A stretch of 64,000 nt of DNA from Patescibacteria group bacterium (GCA_019750255.1 JAIEOU010000006.1:52142-116141), one strand, 5' to 3'. Counted from the first letter of the stretch, positions 19,482 to 29,155 are shown. The notes: generated by a model not told the origin, from the letters alone. Program-made: numbers and translations.

Positions 19482-20285
19482 TTACCGTACACAGCGAAAT
19501 CCAATCGCCTCCCCAGTAAACTCTGGTGGAGTATGGGCATGAACAGCATGCACACCAGCGTCTGCTCGACTTCCGTAAAATCCGCCCCGAATCATCCCAT
19601 AATTTCCTTGCGGTTCAGACCAAAAATAGGCAGTCCCGTATACATTTCCGGCACTCTCGTCACTCGTCATTATGGCCACTCCGCTGACATCAGCTTGCGC
19701 CACATACCCCGATGGCGGGAGTGGCCGATCACGAAACTGCCCCGCCACCACATCATCTTCTACCCACTCCCAGACGTTACCAACCGCATCATACACTCCC
19801 GCTGCCGAACGACAATCTGACGCCTCACCCGTCTTCCCGACCGCACCGGTTGCCGTACGACACGCACTCTCTTTGGTATCAAGCGCAAGCGTGTACCATT
19901 CAGCAGCGGTTGGTAACCGCTTGCCGGCTCGGGCGCACAGACGTTGTGCATCACTGCGCGCTACCGAACGCCACGGAACCGCTCCGGGTACACTAGCGAT
20001 CCCACATGCAGCCGCTTCGATATTGCTACTAGTATCAAGTGATCGTGAGGGTTCCGGATGTGGACAGTCACTAAGGGCAGAGGCTTCATATTGATCCGCA
20101 CACACAAATGTCCTTCCGGTTGCGACCTCAACCATCCCGTCGGGACAGACCCCATCATTTGTACTACCAATAAGCTGGGCAAGCATGGTTGACTGTGATC
20201 CGCGCCACGTGTCTGAAGCATCGATACCAAGCGCCGTAATAACGAGCGCACCCATGATAACCCCAATTATTCTTAGTTGTTTCAT
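19482..20285 (-). CDS. FGE-sulfatase/C-lectin-fold exported protein, paralogue 3
   Basis: CPDGMV...DQYEAS...GKRLPTAAEW...DAVGNVWEWV...RGG...GFRCVR; N-terminal hydrophobic segment; ATG 20285 lies 2 nt after upstream stop. Confidence 0.88.
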   Translation of the reverse strand: MKQLRIIGVIMGALVITALGIDASDTWRGSQSTMLAQLIGSTNDGVCPDGMVEVATGRTFVCADQYEASALSDCPHPEPSRSLDTSSNIEAAACGIASVPGAVPWRSVARSDAQRLCARAGKRLPTAAEWYTLALDTKESACRTATGAVGKTGEASDCRSAAGVYDAVGNVWEWVEDDVVAGQFRDRPLPPSGYVAQADVSGVAIMTSDESAGNVYGTAYFWSEPQGNYGMIRGGFYGSRADAGVHAVHAHTPPEFTGEAIGFRCVR

Positions 20286-20287
20286 AA

Positions 20288-21112
20288 CTAGAGAGACAGT
20301 GCGCACCGGAAACCTACCGCAGCACTCGCGAATTCAGGAGCTACCGCAGCGTGGAGGGTATACACACCAGCATCATCCCGACTGCCATGGAAACCGCCGC
20401 GCATGAGCGCAAACGTCCCTACCGAATCAGCCCAAAGATAGTCATTGTTGTAGACAGCATCACCAGTGGACGCAGTAGCCGTAGGCACTCCTTCTGGAGA
20501 CACCGCCGTTACAAAACCTTCGGGCGGTAGCGCAGTCCCCTCGAATGCTCCCACTCTGGCTTCTCCAGCTACCCACTCCCAAACATTTCCGACCATATCA
20601 TACACAGCCATACCAGATAGGCATTCGGTAGAAGCTCCGGTCTTTGTAAGTCCACCGTTTACGTTACACGAAGCGCTACTATCGGGTGTACCGCGGGCCG
20701 CCAAATACCATTCGTGAGAGGTAGGAAGCCGTTTACCGGCCCTAGCACACAGCTGCTCGGCCTGCACCCGCGCAACCTGGACCCACGGCAACTGGAGCGG
20801 TCTAGGCACGGGGGAACACTCTCCATCATTGGCATTCGCAGCGGTTTCCACACTACTTGCCGGTACAGCAAATGGGCATTCTCTACTTGGACTCACTTCA
20901 TAGGCGTCGATACAAAACCTCATTCGATTCGGATTCTCAATTTCGACCATCCCGGTTGGACACGTCGCAGTGGTAACATCACGAGCCAAGAGACCAAGTG
21001 CCGATTGTGACCCACGCAAAAGATCGGTGGCGTCGATACTTACGCTCGTGAGCGCAATAATTCCCACCGTTACTAAAAAGAAGCGCACCGAGCGCGAGAC
21101 ATACCTCATCAC
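20288..21112 (-). CDS. FGE-sulfatase/C-lectin-fold exported protein, paralogue 2
   Basis: CPTGMV...IDAYEVS...GKRLPTSHEW...DMVGNVWEWV...RGG...GFRC. Confidence 0.88.
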   Translation of the reverse strand: MMRYVSRSVRFFLVTVGIIALTSVSIDATDLLRGSQSALGLLARDVTTATCPTGMVEIENPNRMRFCIDAYEVSPSRECPFAVPASSVETAANANDGECSPVPRPLQLPWVQVARVQAEQLCARAGKRLPTSHEWYLAARGTPDSSASCNVNGGLTKTGASTECLSGMAVYDMVGNVWEWVAGEARVGAFEGTALPPEGFVTAVSPEGVPTATASTGDAVYNNDYLWADSVGTFALMRGGFHGSRDDAGVYTLHAAVAPEFASAAVGFRCALSL

Positions 21113-21150
21113 ACTTCATAGTATAGCGCGACCTTAGTCCTGAACGACCA

Positions 21151-21975
21151 TTACTGCACATCACGCACACACCTAAATCCCACACCAGCAGCAGCAAAAT
21201 CAAGCGCTACCGACATGTTTTGAGCAAACACACCCCCGTCACTGCCGCTTGTGTAAAATCCTCCACGCAACATTCCGCGGACCCCTTCATGCTGGACCCA
21301 GGCATAGTCATCACCAAACGCCGGGACGGGCTGATTGCTGGTCTTTAAGACCACACCACCATCATCGACCAGTTCAACATATCCTGACATCGGAACGTGG
21401 CGCCCTTCAATCATTCCGTCACTCACGGTATCACCCATCCATTCCCATACATTTCCGACAAGATCATGGACCCCGAGTGGCGAAACGCAGTTCGCACTAC
21501 CCGTCAAGGCTGGGCTTGTGGCATCCAGAACACAGGATTCTGTGTCAGCCTGACCGACGGCAACGCGGTACCATTCCTGTGCCGTTGGTAGCCGCTTCCC
21601 CGCTCGAGCGCACAGCTGGGTTGCTTCGGTATAACTGACAAACCGCCACGGTTCTTGCCCGGGCTGACTAACCGGTACACAGGCCGGTGTTTCCACATTG
21701 CTCACAGTGGCACTATCGCCCGTTGCGCTACGGTACGGACAGGTGTGTGCAGGACTGGCTTCATAGCTATCAATACACAGCGCATACGCGCCAAATCGCA
21801 ACAGCACCTCGTGCTCGTTACAAGGCCCACTACTGGTCACTGCTGAACCCATGAGTTTGCCGGAAATGCCGTTAGCCATATCAGATGCCTGAATACCCAC
21901 CGTCGATAGCACGAACGCTCCAAGACCGATGAGTAAACCCTTATGCCAATTCCGTCTTTTGGCGCGTGGTGTCAT
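21151..21975 (-). CDS. FGE-sulfatase/C-lectin-fold exported protein, paralogue 1
   Basis: IDSYEAS...GKRLPTAQEW...DLVGNVWEWM...RGG...GFRCVR; likely start ATG 21975. Confidence 0.88.
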   Translation of the reverse strand: MTPRAKRRNWHKGLLIGLGAFVLSTVGIQASDMANGISGKLMGSAVTSSGPCNEHEVLLRFGAYALCIDSYEASPAHTCPYRSATGDSATVSNVETPACVPVSQPGQEPWRFVSYTEATQLCARAGKRLPTAQEWYRVAVGQADTESCVLDATSPALTGSANCVSPLGVHDLVGNVWEWMGDTVSDGMIEGRHVPMSGYVELVDDGGVVLKTSNQPVPAFGDDYAWVQHEGVRGMLRGGFYTSGSDGGVFAQNMSVALDFAAAGVGFRCVRDVQ

Positions 21976-22378
21976 AGAGCTCACGTGACCTGACGAAATC
22001 AAGCGCGTAGTTTAATACAATCAGTACCAACATAATGAACAGAATACCCGCCAGAACAAACGTTGAGGTCGGTGAGGTTCCAGCACTTCCAAGCAACCCA
22101 ACATCTAAATCACGCAGCATCGCATCCTTCTTTCCCACCTCTTGCTCCAACTCAGCAATACGAGTAGTGAGCGTATTAACACCATTTTCTGAAACACCGA
22201 CATAAACACCCACAGCATTAGCTAGATATAACCCTGTCTGATCAGCCAATCGCGCGGTAGCACTGGTGAAGAGCCCGCTCTCAAAGATCAAAACGGTCGC
22301 CATAACAACACAGCTTACCCTAAGAATCTTATGATAGGCCGAATGTTCAAGGGAGTAATTCATAACAAAACAATACAT
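21941..22378 (-). CDS. Hypothetical membrane protein (TM, coiled coil, TM)
   Basis: Two hydrophobic segments flanking NTLTTRIAELEQEV; co-oriented with neighbours; start may be 22363. Confidence 0.75.
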   Translation of the reverse strand: MYCFVMNYSLEHSAYHKILRVSCVVMATVLIFESGLFTSATARLADQTGLYLANAVGVYVGVSENGVNTLTTRIAELEQEVGKKDAMLRDLDVGLLGSAGTSPTSTFVLAGILFIMLVLIVLNYALDFVRSRELYDTTRQKTELA

Positions 22379-22381
22379 CCA

Positions 22382-23479
22382 CTACGCAAAGATAAGCAAG
22401 AGAAGGATGAGGAAAAGTACGGTTGTTGCCAACATGGCAATGAAAGTCATGAGCAGCACCGGACTACCCCGGCGACGGACCGTGCGCACCATCCGACGCT
22501 CTCCTGCCCCGGACATAATTGCCATTGTGCGGCGTACATAGAGTTTTACCCCAACGTAAATCGCCAAAAGAATCAGCGCGAGGGTAATTGCTGCTGGACC
22601 AATTATATTCATTGGCAATACCCAGAACGACACCGTACTCGAGATAGTACTCTTGCTCCCGGCCTCTCCATAAATCGGACTGACCCGAGCAAGGTAGCGA
22701 CCAAAGCCGATCCCATCATCCGACCATTTAAAAGAATACTCGCGCACGACACCCGGAAACACACTAGCTTGAGAATCATTAAATACAAGCGTTGCCACAT
22801 TTTCGCCGAACATGTTGGTAATCTCAAGCGGACCCGTTGGTCTCACGAGAACATTACCTAAGTTTTCAATCCGTAAACTAAAATCTACATTGGTTGATCC
22901 GTAAAAATACTGCCCTGTCGAAAATTGTCGAATCTCAGCTTTTTCGTTAGCATCACCGGCTACTCGGATACTAACAATGTTTGCCACCTCATAACCCACA
23001 GCAGCACCGGTTGTGCGCAGGCGCGGCGGCTCAACACTAACGAACACTGCCCCAAAGTGACTTCCCGGAGAGGCAGTATCAGGGACCGTCAGAGTGAACG
23101 AAAGCGGAGCCTCGGTACCGGGAGCAACTACCAACTCCTCAGCATCAAGCTGTACCCATGAACTTAACTCAAACCCGGTTGGCTCGACTCCCTCTTCTGC
23201 ATACACTGGTGAGTTATCATTCTTAACACCAACAATGTCGCGAACGTATAAATAATATTTCTGCTCTGTGTCACTTAAATTAGCGACCGATACTGTGTAG
23301 CGCTTAACCTCACCCGGAGTCGCACCCTCTTCAATGATGGCAGGGCTTATCCCTATTCCTGCTCCAAGATTCGCCTGCGCTCGTACGGTTGATGCTGATA
23401 ATCCTAATAAAACACACGCGAGCACACCGACCAAACGGGCCATAAAGGGCAACGAAAACTGCATAATTGTACGTATCAC
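22382..23479 (-). CDS. DUF916/DUF3324-like (WxL-interacting protein-like) membrane-anchored protein
   Basis: Signal peptide; GISPAIIE...LSSWVQL...FTLTVPDTASPGSHFGAVFV; second beta-sandwich IENLGNVLVRPTG...FGRYLARV; two C-terminal TM helices. Confidence 0.65.
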   Translation of the reverse strand: MIRTIMQFSLPFMARLVGVLACVLLGLSASTVRAQANLGAGIGISPAIIEEGATPGEVKRYTVSVANLSDTEQKYYLYVRDIVGVKNDNSPVYAEEGVEPTGFELSSWVQLDAEELVVAPGTEAPLSFTLTVPDTASPGSHFGAVFVSVEPPRLRTTGAAVGYEVANIVSIRVAGDANEKAEIRQFSTGQYFYGSTNVDFSLRIENLGNVLVRPTGPLEITNMFGENVATLVFNDSQASVFPGVVREYSFKWSDDGIGFGRYLARVSPIYGEAGSKSTISSTVSFWVLPMNIIGPAAITLALILLAIYVGVKLYVRRTMAIMSGAGERRMVRTVRRRGSPVLLMTFIAMLATTVLFLILLLLIFA

Positions 23480-23585
23480 TATACCACCATAGCCTGCTAC
23501 GGCTTAAAATTTTATTAACAGTATCTTGTCTCCACATCACGACGGTGCTGAACAATAATTACCACAACTAACCGAACGGTAAAAA

Positions 23586-23615
23586 CAACAAAACCCGCCG
23601 AAGCGGGTTTTGTTG
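23586..23615 (-). terminator. Strong intrinsic terminator (C-UUCG-G loop on minus strand)
   Basis: caacaaaacccgc-cgaa-gcgggttttgttg with adjacent A5 (U-tract on minus strand), 34 nt after stop of 23650 gene. Confidence 0.88.
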
Positions 23616-23649
23616 AATCCTCGTAACCAGGTAGTTACATTGATGAACT

Positions 23650-24729
23650 TTAGAACGTTGGCGTTGCGATGTAGGTAAGAGTCGTGTTGTAGTCATCTCC
23701 AGCTTCCTGAAGTGGACTGATTTGAATCTGGTACCCTACTTCTGCCTGACCATAGTCCTGCGTTGTACCGTCTGATGGTCCGGTGTGAGCAAAAATTGCC
23801 CGTGGAGTGGTACTAGCCGCGACCCATCTATTGCCCCCGCTGTTGGTGAATTCACCACCATTGAGATCACTGTCATTTGAGGTAAGACCCCAGTGACCAT
23901 AGGTGTTCTCGTTGAGCAAAGTATTAGCTGGTGCTACCCACGCCGTTGGAGAGTTTGTGTACGCTCCGTTGATAAACCCGTCAATGTCAGCTCCGGTAGA
24001 TGATTCAAGATTACTATCCTGTTCTACCGTGACCACAAATCCGTTACGTGCATTTGTCTGAACCGTGAGCTGCTGTGCCAATGTTTCAATCTGTCCCGCT
24101 GTTACGATTCCAAACGGAACCGCTGTTGGACTAGTTGAACCAGTGGTCGATGTAGCATTGATTGCTGTCGAAGTAGCAAGACCGATGACGCGGAACTCAA
24201 ATGAGGTCTGCACTTCAGCGGTGACTTCAACAGTATCGACAATCGCTACACGTGTACGACCGATGTCAGCTGGGGTGTTAATCACAAACTCATAGGACCC
24301 GACTGCTGGATTCGTTACCTTGGTTGCCGGTATGACCACCCGTACCACTTGTGTTGCAGTTGCTGCTACACCCGTGAACGAAATTGTCTGACCGGTAACA
24401 TTAAACGTTGCTGGTGCGTCTGGAGTTCCGTTAACGGTGACGGTTAGATCACCGATTACCAGTGTTCCTACTCCCGTGAATCCTGCCGGAAAAGTAATTG
24501 AGGTAGTGGCACCGACGAGTAGGTTCGAACTGGTTGGAACTGTAAATCTGATGTCGTGGCCCGAAAGCACTGCCGGCGCTGAGTCAGAAAGTGTATTACT
24601 GACAGAGTTTAGGTTAGCAGCTTCTGCAGTCATCTGATGAAACCCGAAGGTTGCTAAGACTACTGCGAACGCAACGAGCATCGCGACTGCCCGGTACGTA
24701 AAGCCAACGCGAGTTGGAATTACGAACAT
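23650..24729 (-). CDS. Secreted Thr-rich beta protein with WxL-like C-terminal domain (candidate major surface subunit)
   Basis: Likely start ATG 24729; signal peptide ending AEA; C-terminus QEAGDDYNTTLTYIATPTF resembles the WxL terminal strand (Y..TLTW.L); directly upstream of a DUF916-like gene. Confidence 0.6.
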   Translation of the reverse strand: MFVIPTRVGFTYRAVAMLVAFAVVLATFGFHQMTAEAANLNSVSNTLSDSAPAVLSGHDIRFTVPTSSNLLVGATTSITFPAGFTGVGTLVIGDLTVTVNGTPDAPATFNVTGQTISFTGVAATATQVVRVVIPATKVTNPAVGSYEFVINTPADIGRTRVAIVDTVEVTAEVQTSFEFRVIGLATSTAINATSTTGSTSPTAVPFGIVTAGQIETLAQQLTVQTNARNGFVVTVEQDSNLESSTGADIDGFINGAYTNSPTAWVAPANTLLNENTYGHWGLTSNDSDLNGGEFTNSGGNRWVAASTTPRAIFAHTGPSDGTTQDYGQAEVGYQIQISPLQEAGDDYNTTLTYIATPTF

Positions 24730-24904
24730 GTTCTTATATTTTTTTATATTTAATAACTTGTACTCTCTCGCCCGTAGTGTTGGAAATACGAACGAACTCT
24801 GAGAGTAGTGGTTGCAGCATATGTGGAGATGTGTACGGTCGGAGTTTTTTGAAAAGCTCAGCCAACTCGTCGGTACACCACTGCAACCTCTACCGATCAT
24901 TGTA
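24730..24904 (-). promoter_or_regulatory. -10 box TACAAT plus ~165-nt structured 5' leader
   Basis: Minus-strand helices ggttgcag/ctgcaacc, gtgtac/gtacac, gagtt/aactc, tactctc/gagagta, tcgttcgta/tacgggcga (2 G-U); TACAAT at 24899-24904. Confidence 0.55.
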
Positions 24905-26111
24905 CTAGAGGAACTATCACTCCGTCTTAAAGGTTGTGTTGATAACCCTATAAACCATCTGTCGTTTACTTTAGAATAGCTTTATTTTAATTGTTTTAAC
25001 TCAACGACTCACCGCCCTCGCCTTTAAAGCCGTATCGTACAAGTGTCTTCTAGTAAAACTTTTTACTGGACACAGGTTGCACCTTAAGACTTCCCTACCG
25101 CGTCGCATACGGATGCGGAAACGTGTCGTCACTCGCTTCCCAGCACTCTTCCCCATGGGCACTTCCTACCCGCACAACTGCAGCACAATCGGCCACATAT
25201 TTTCCGAACGTACCGAAAACTAACTCTAAAGTTATTTCCTTTCACTCCCTAAATATCCCAATTAATTCATCGTATGTTGAGTACCGTTACGTACCCCAAT
25301 CGGCACTATGTCCACTGCGGCCATATCGAACACTTCTTCCCGGTGGTTTCATCCCAACTAAATATAATCTATCGCAGTATCGCAGGCCCATGTGTGCCTC
25401 GTGTCGCGCAGTCCTCGGCAATTTTCAGCACACGTAACGTGCTATACACCTTTATAAATAATCACCCATCCAGCCCGCACTTCGACTGCTCACTCATGCT
25501 CAAAGACCCATTCTAAGCCCACCTAAGTCTTTAATGTTGACATCCAAATATACCAACGGTATGTGTCTCTTGTATTCGCCACCCAGATTGTATTGGACCG
25601 TCCTCCAAGCCCAAACAGAACGATTACTTTCAAAACATAATACACCACCACCAAACGAAATTAATATCTTTTGAATGCGAATATCGACAGCAACCAAGTG
25701 CGAACCCACATCCTAGCTACCCCATGTTTATTTTAAAAACCGTACTGGGAACATCAGGAATATCAGTCGGACCACCATGAGAGCCCAGACTCCCTCTCAC
25801 CTGCTGCAAGGCCTACTGTTCACATTACCCGCGCCACGACAAACAACCCCAGCCCGCGAAACAGGCAGCGACACACCTCGCATGGAGATGTCCTTTAACT
25901 GTTCCATTACCTACCATCTCGAGCGACCCAAACACTACGAAACATGATTAGTAGAACTATTGTGAGCCCATACCTGCTGCCCTTATCATTAAAAATAACC
26001 CCGCAATATTTAAAAAATCCAACTTGGGAAATAATGGAAAGCACGCACCAGCCTTGTCTTTTATCTTGTCTTTTTTAATTGGTTATCAAGGACATAGCTA
26101 TAATTAGCACT

Positions 26112-26253
26112 GTCCTTTAGTCTCGTGAGGCGTACGACGAAACTCCTCTGAATAGTCGTGATGATAGGCTGCCGTTCTCCCGGTACGTACTTGAATGCCG
26201 ACCGCACGGAACCCCGGAGCTACTGCTATGAACGCATCTCAGGCAGACTGGAC
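26112..26253 (+). ncRNA. Candidate stand-alone structured ncRNA (~140 nt; 6S-like possible)
   Basis: TATAAT at 26099-26104; ends pair (gtcc/ggac, agtct/agact, tgag+gcgt/acgc+ctca); internal acgac/gtcgt, ccgt/acgg, cggt/accg; next gene is convergent. Confidence 0.45.
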
Positions 26254-26266
26254 CAAATTAGAGACA

Positions 26267-26908
26267 CTACACCACTAGCGTTCCCCCCGGAAGTAGCGAA
26301 GAAAAGGCAATCCCCTTCTCAGCCAGAATTCGCTCCGCAAGGCCATGACTGATAGATAAGCGATCCACCCGTTCGATACCATCATGGACCGGAAAAGCTG
26401 CTGTAGGCGATATCCTAATTGCATAATGTAGCGCGTCGGTCATGCGACACCACGGTCCCCCAACCGGCAGCGCCAATACTCCTACTGGCTTCCCTGGCTC
26501 TGCGTAGCTATCTCCCGGATAGAAGAGTCGCTCGCCTACAAAGTATCCGGTATTCTGTACCTGACCCACATCCTCAAAGATCTCGGCGTGACGGGCATCA
26601 AAGGCTTCAAGTGTCACCCCAGCAACCGTAGCGCTTTCAGTCCCCTCCAGCACCTGCGCTACTATTCCTTCGACTTCCAGCAAACGAGCGACACTCGAAT
26701 TTGAAACCACCACCACCTCGGGAAGACGCGCTATGATGTCTCGAACTGTCGGTACATGAAGATGGTCGGCGTGCTCGTGCGTGATCAAAATAATATCAAA
26801 CTGCTCGGGCAGCTCCACCCCGGCTGTAAACGACCCGGGGTCTGTCACTACCGTTTTGTTTTCAATCTGTATCACCAGGCAGCAGTGGCCGATTTTAGTA
26901 ATAGTCAT
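26267..26908 (-). CDS. MBL-fold metallo-hydrolase
   Basis: GHCC...DPG...ITHEHADH...YPGDS...FPVHDG. Confidence 0.9.
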   Translation of the reverse strand: MTITKIGHCCLVIQIENKTVVTDPGSFTAGVELPEQFDIILITHEHADHLHVPTVRDIIARLPEVVVVSNSSVARLLEVEGIVAQVLEGTESATVAGVTLEAFDARHAEIFEDVGQVQNTGYFVGERLFYPGDSYAEPGKPVGVLALPVGGPWCRMTDALHYAIRISPTAAFPVHDGIERVDRLSISHGLAERILAEKGIAFSSLLPGGTLVV

Positions 26909-26924
26909 ATTGGTTTAGTATAGC

Positions 26925-26956
26925 AAAAACACCCCCGGATAACCGGGGGTGTTTTT
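26925..26956. terminator. Bidirectional intrinsic terminator
   Basis: aaaaacacccccgg-ataa-ccgggggtgttttt. Confidence 0.88.
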
Positions 26957-26965
26957 CATTCTTTA

Positions 26966-27224
26966 TTTCTACTTAGCAAGTCGCTACTATTACTTTTTAC
27001 GCTTTTAAAGCTTGAAAGAAATGAAGTGTTTACATAAGAATAAATACCGAGTGACGTAGTCACGAGTATATTTTTCTTATTTGAAAACTTCACTCGTTTC
27101 GAGCTTAAAAGCGAGATAACGAGTGGTAGTTTTCGGGAAGTAAAACATAGTTAAGCAAAACAATGAGCGTAGCGATTATGTTTTGCGTATGTCAGATTTT
27201 CCTCTACCCTGAGGAAAATCTGAC
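26966..27224. other. Three consecutive hairpins including a ~150-180 nt imperfect palindrome
   Basis: Long arms centred on gtgac-gta-gtcac (27051-27063); gcaaaaca/tgttttgc (27155-27186); gtcagattttcctc/gaggaaaatctgac (27191-27224). Confidence 0.75.
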
Positions 27225-27245
27225 CGGCTTTCAGCCTCCTTGTTT

Positions 27246-28499
27246 CTACTTAAACAGTGACCAGATTTTTTGATCTTCCTCGCCATCAATCTTGAAGAAG
27301 GCCACACCGCGCAGGCCGTACTTCTCTGCCATTTCAATCCGCCTTTTTGCGGTCGTAGCATCGCTATAGCTTGCGAATCGCACAGACACCTCTTGTCCCG
27401 ACATCGTGGCGTAGGTGAGAGCCTGGGCCGCTGACTCAAAGCCCTTTGGAGTACCCTTTGGTACCGGGAGCGCCCGCAAGAGTTCATACGGTGAACCCTT
27501 AGGGAAGTACGTAATGACGGCCTCACCTCCTACCGTTCGCCCTTCCTCAATATCATACTCCTTCGCCAGTTCAAGTAATCGGGGATGATTCAGGGCTGCG
27601 ACAGACGTGTAGTCGCGGTACCAGTCCGGGGCTACTGTTACATCCCAGGCCCGGCCGTAGGTAGGGATACCAAGAAGCACTTTCTTTTCATCGAAATCCT
27701 TAAGAGCAAGCTCTACCACCTTTTCTACCCACTCATCATCAGCGACGGGGGCATACGGCACGCCCTGACGCTTTTTATTAAGGGTAAGGTCAGCCCGCTG
27801 CTGGTCGTACGTCATGAGCTCAATCCGGTCGCAGTGACGCGCAATTTCATCGTAGTCGTTGGCGTATTTGAGAGGATTTGGCACCGTTACGAAGAGATCT
27901 TCAGGTGGGGTTCGGGCCTCTATGGCACACGTAACGAGCTTTCGCCCCAGTTTTTTGTTGAGCTCTTCTAAAAATTTCGAAAAGTCATCAATGGTGTCGG
28001 TCTTCTTGCCTTCGTAATCGATGTTTACGCCATCATACTTCCCTTTTTCCACCATACTAACAATGGCTTTGATGTGGGCGTTGCGACTCTTTCTGTTACC
28101 AAGGACGTTATCTATCTGCTCCCCGTCAAACCACATCACTGATGGAATTACCTCGACATCATGTTTATCTGCCAGCTTCATGAAGTCTCGCCACTGCTTC
28201 TCGGACATATTGGCCTTATCAACCAACTTTCCGTCTGGTGTTACCTCAAATGAAAACGGATATACTGTATCGAGCTTCTTTATCTGCTTGGTAGCGCTCT
28301 TTAAACCCATCGTGTCTTGCCACCAGGGTATCCAGCCTGAGACCTCAACATCGCTCGTTGCCGCTCGTGCGGAAGGGGTGCCACCAAGGAGTACCAGCCC
28401 TCCCACCATCACCACCGCCATAGCGCACCCTAAAGTTCGCGCCGTATTTACATGTGTCTGCATAATCATAGAGACGGATATCCCAATCGTTTCTTTCAC
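27246..28499 (-). CDS. Exported glycoside hydrolase family 18 protein
   Basis: Signal peptide; YDGVNIDYE catalytic motif; LMTYDQ; [10 protein letters not shown]; [13 protein letters not shown]. Confidence 0.88.
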   Translation of the reverse strand: MKETIGISVSMIMQTHVNTARTLGCAMAVVMVGGLVLLGGTPSARAATSDVEVSGWIPWWQDTMGLKSATKQIKKLDTVYPFSFEVTPDGKLVDKANMSEKQWRDFMKLADKHDVEVIPSVMWFDGEQIDNVLGNRKSRNAHIKAIVSMVEKGKYDGVNIDYEGKKTDTIDDFSKFLEELNKKLGRKLVTCAIEARTPPEDLFVTVPNPLKYANDYDEIARHCDRIELMTYDQQRADLTLNKKRQGVPYAPVADDEWVEKVVELALKDFDEKKVLLGIPTYGRAWDVTVAPDWYRDYTSVAALNHPRLLELAKEYDIEEGRTVGGEAVITYFPKGSPYELLRALPVPKGTPKGFESAAQALTYATMSGQEVSVRFASYSDATTAKRRIEMAEKYGLRGVAFFKIDGEEDQKIWSLFK

Positions 28500-28711
28500 G
28501 TTTATTTATTAAAGGTACCGCACAATTCTGTGTCACCAGTTCCTGATAATTACAGGATCAGCCTCAGGTACCGGTATAGGATATGTCGAATATTCAAACA
28601 CAAACAGTGCTCAACTAGACTTTACCACGCAGCGCCTTACTACCACCCCGTCATACCCGGCATTTAGCATCACGCCAACAGCCTCTATAACTGCCGAGTC
28701 ACCATTCCTTA

Positions 28712-29155
28712 TTATGGTGCTTTAGACTTTGACTTGGCCGTCAACCACGAAGATGACTGTACCTTTCCGCCAAAACCGACATTAAAAATCATTTCAATCC
28801 CCAGCTCCTTACACACCACTGCTTCAGGAATATCTTCCACACCTTTACGATCACCACCATTTGCAAACACGTCGGGTCGAACCAGTGCCAGCGTGCGACA
28901 CACCGACCGGTCAGCATCGTTTGGGCCGTGGTCCGTGAGCACCACCTCATCAACAACCCGGAGCGCCCGCAGTACTTCGACGCGTTCTGCCTCGGGCATA
29001 AATACAAAACCCTTCTTAGTCATCAACCAGTCATCGTTATTTAAAATCACCACCAGACGGTCCCCTAAGGCCTTCGCCTCCTCAAACATTCGAATATGTC
29101 CAATATGGACCGGATCAAAACCTCCTGATACCGCCACAGTGCGTATTGTTGACAT
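28712..29155 (-). CDS. Cytidylyltransferase-like protein (TagD/RfaE-II/RibL superfamily)
   Basis: SGGFDPVHIGH (HIGH motif), FANGGDR, KVQSSS. Confidence 0.9.
   Translation of the reverse strand: MSTIRTVAVSGGFDPVHIGHIRMFEEAKALGDRLVVILNNDDWLMTKKGFVFMPEAERVEVLRALRVVDEVVLTDHGPNDADRSVCRTLALVRPDVFANGGDRKGVEDIPEAVVCKELGIEMIFNVGFGGKVQSSSWLTAKSKSKAP

Noticed and set aside
19482-21975. Complete diversity-generating retroelement
   Set aside because: No reverse transcriptase, Avd or adenine-mismatch template repeat seen in the window
24905-26095. Replication origin
   Set aside because: No cluster of TTATCCACA DnaA boxes seen and no dnaA/dnaN nearby
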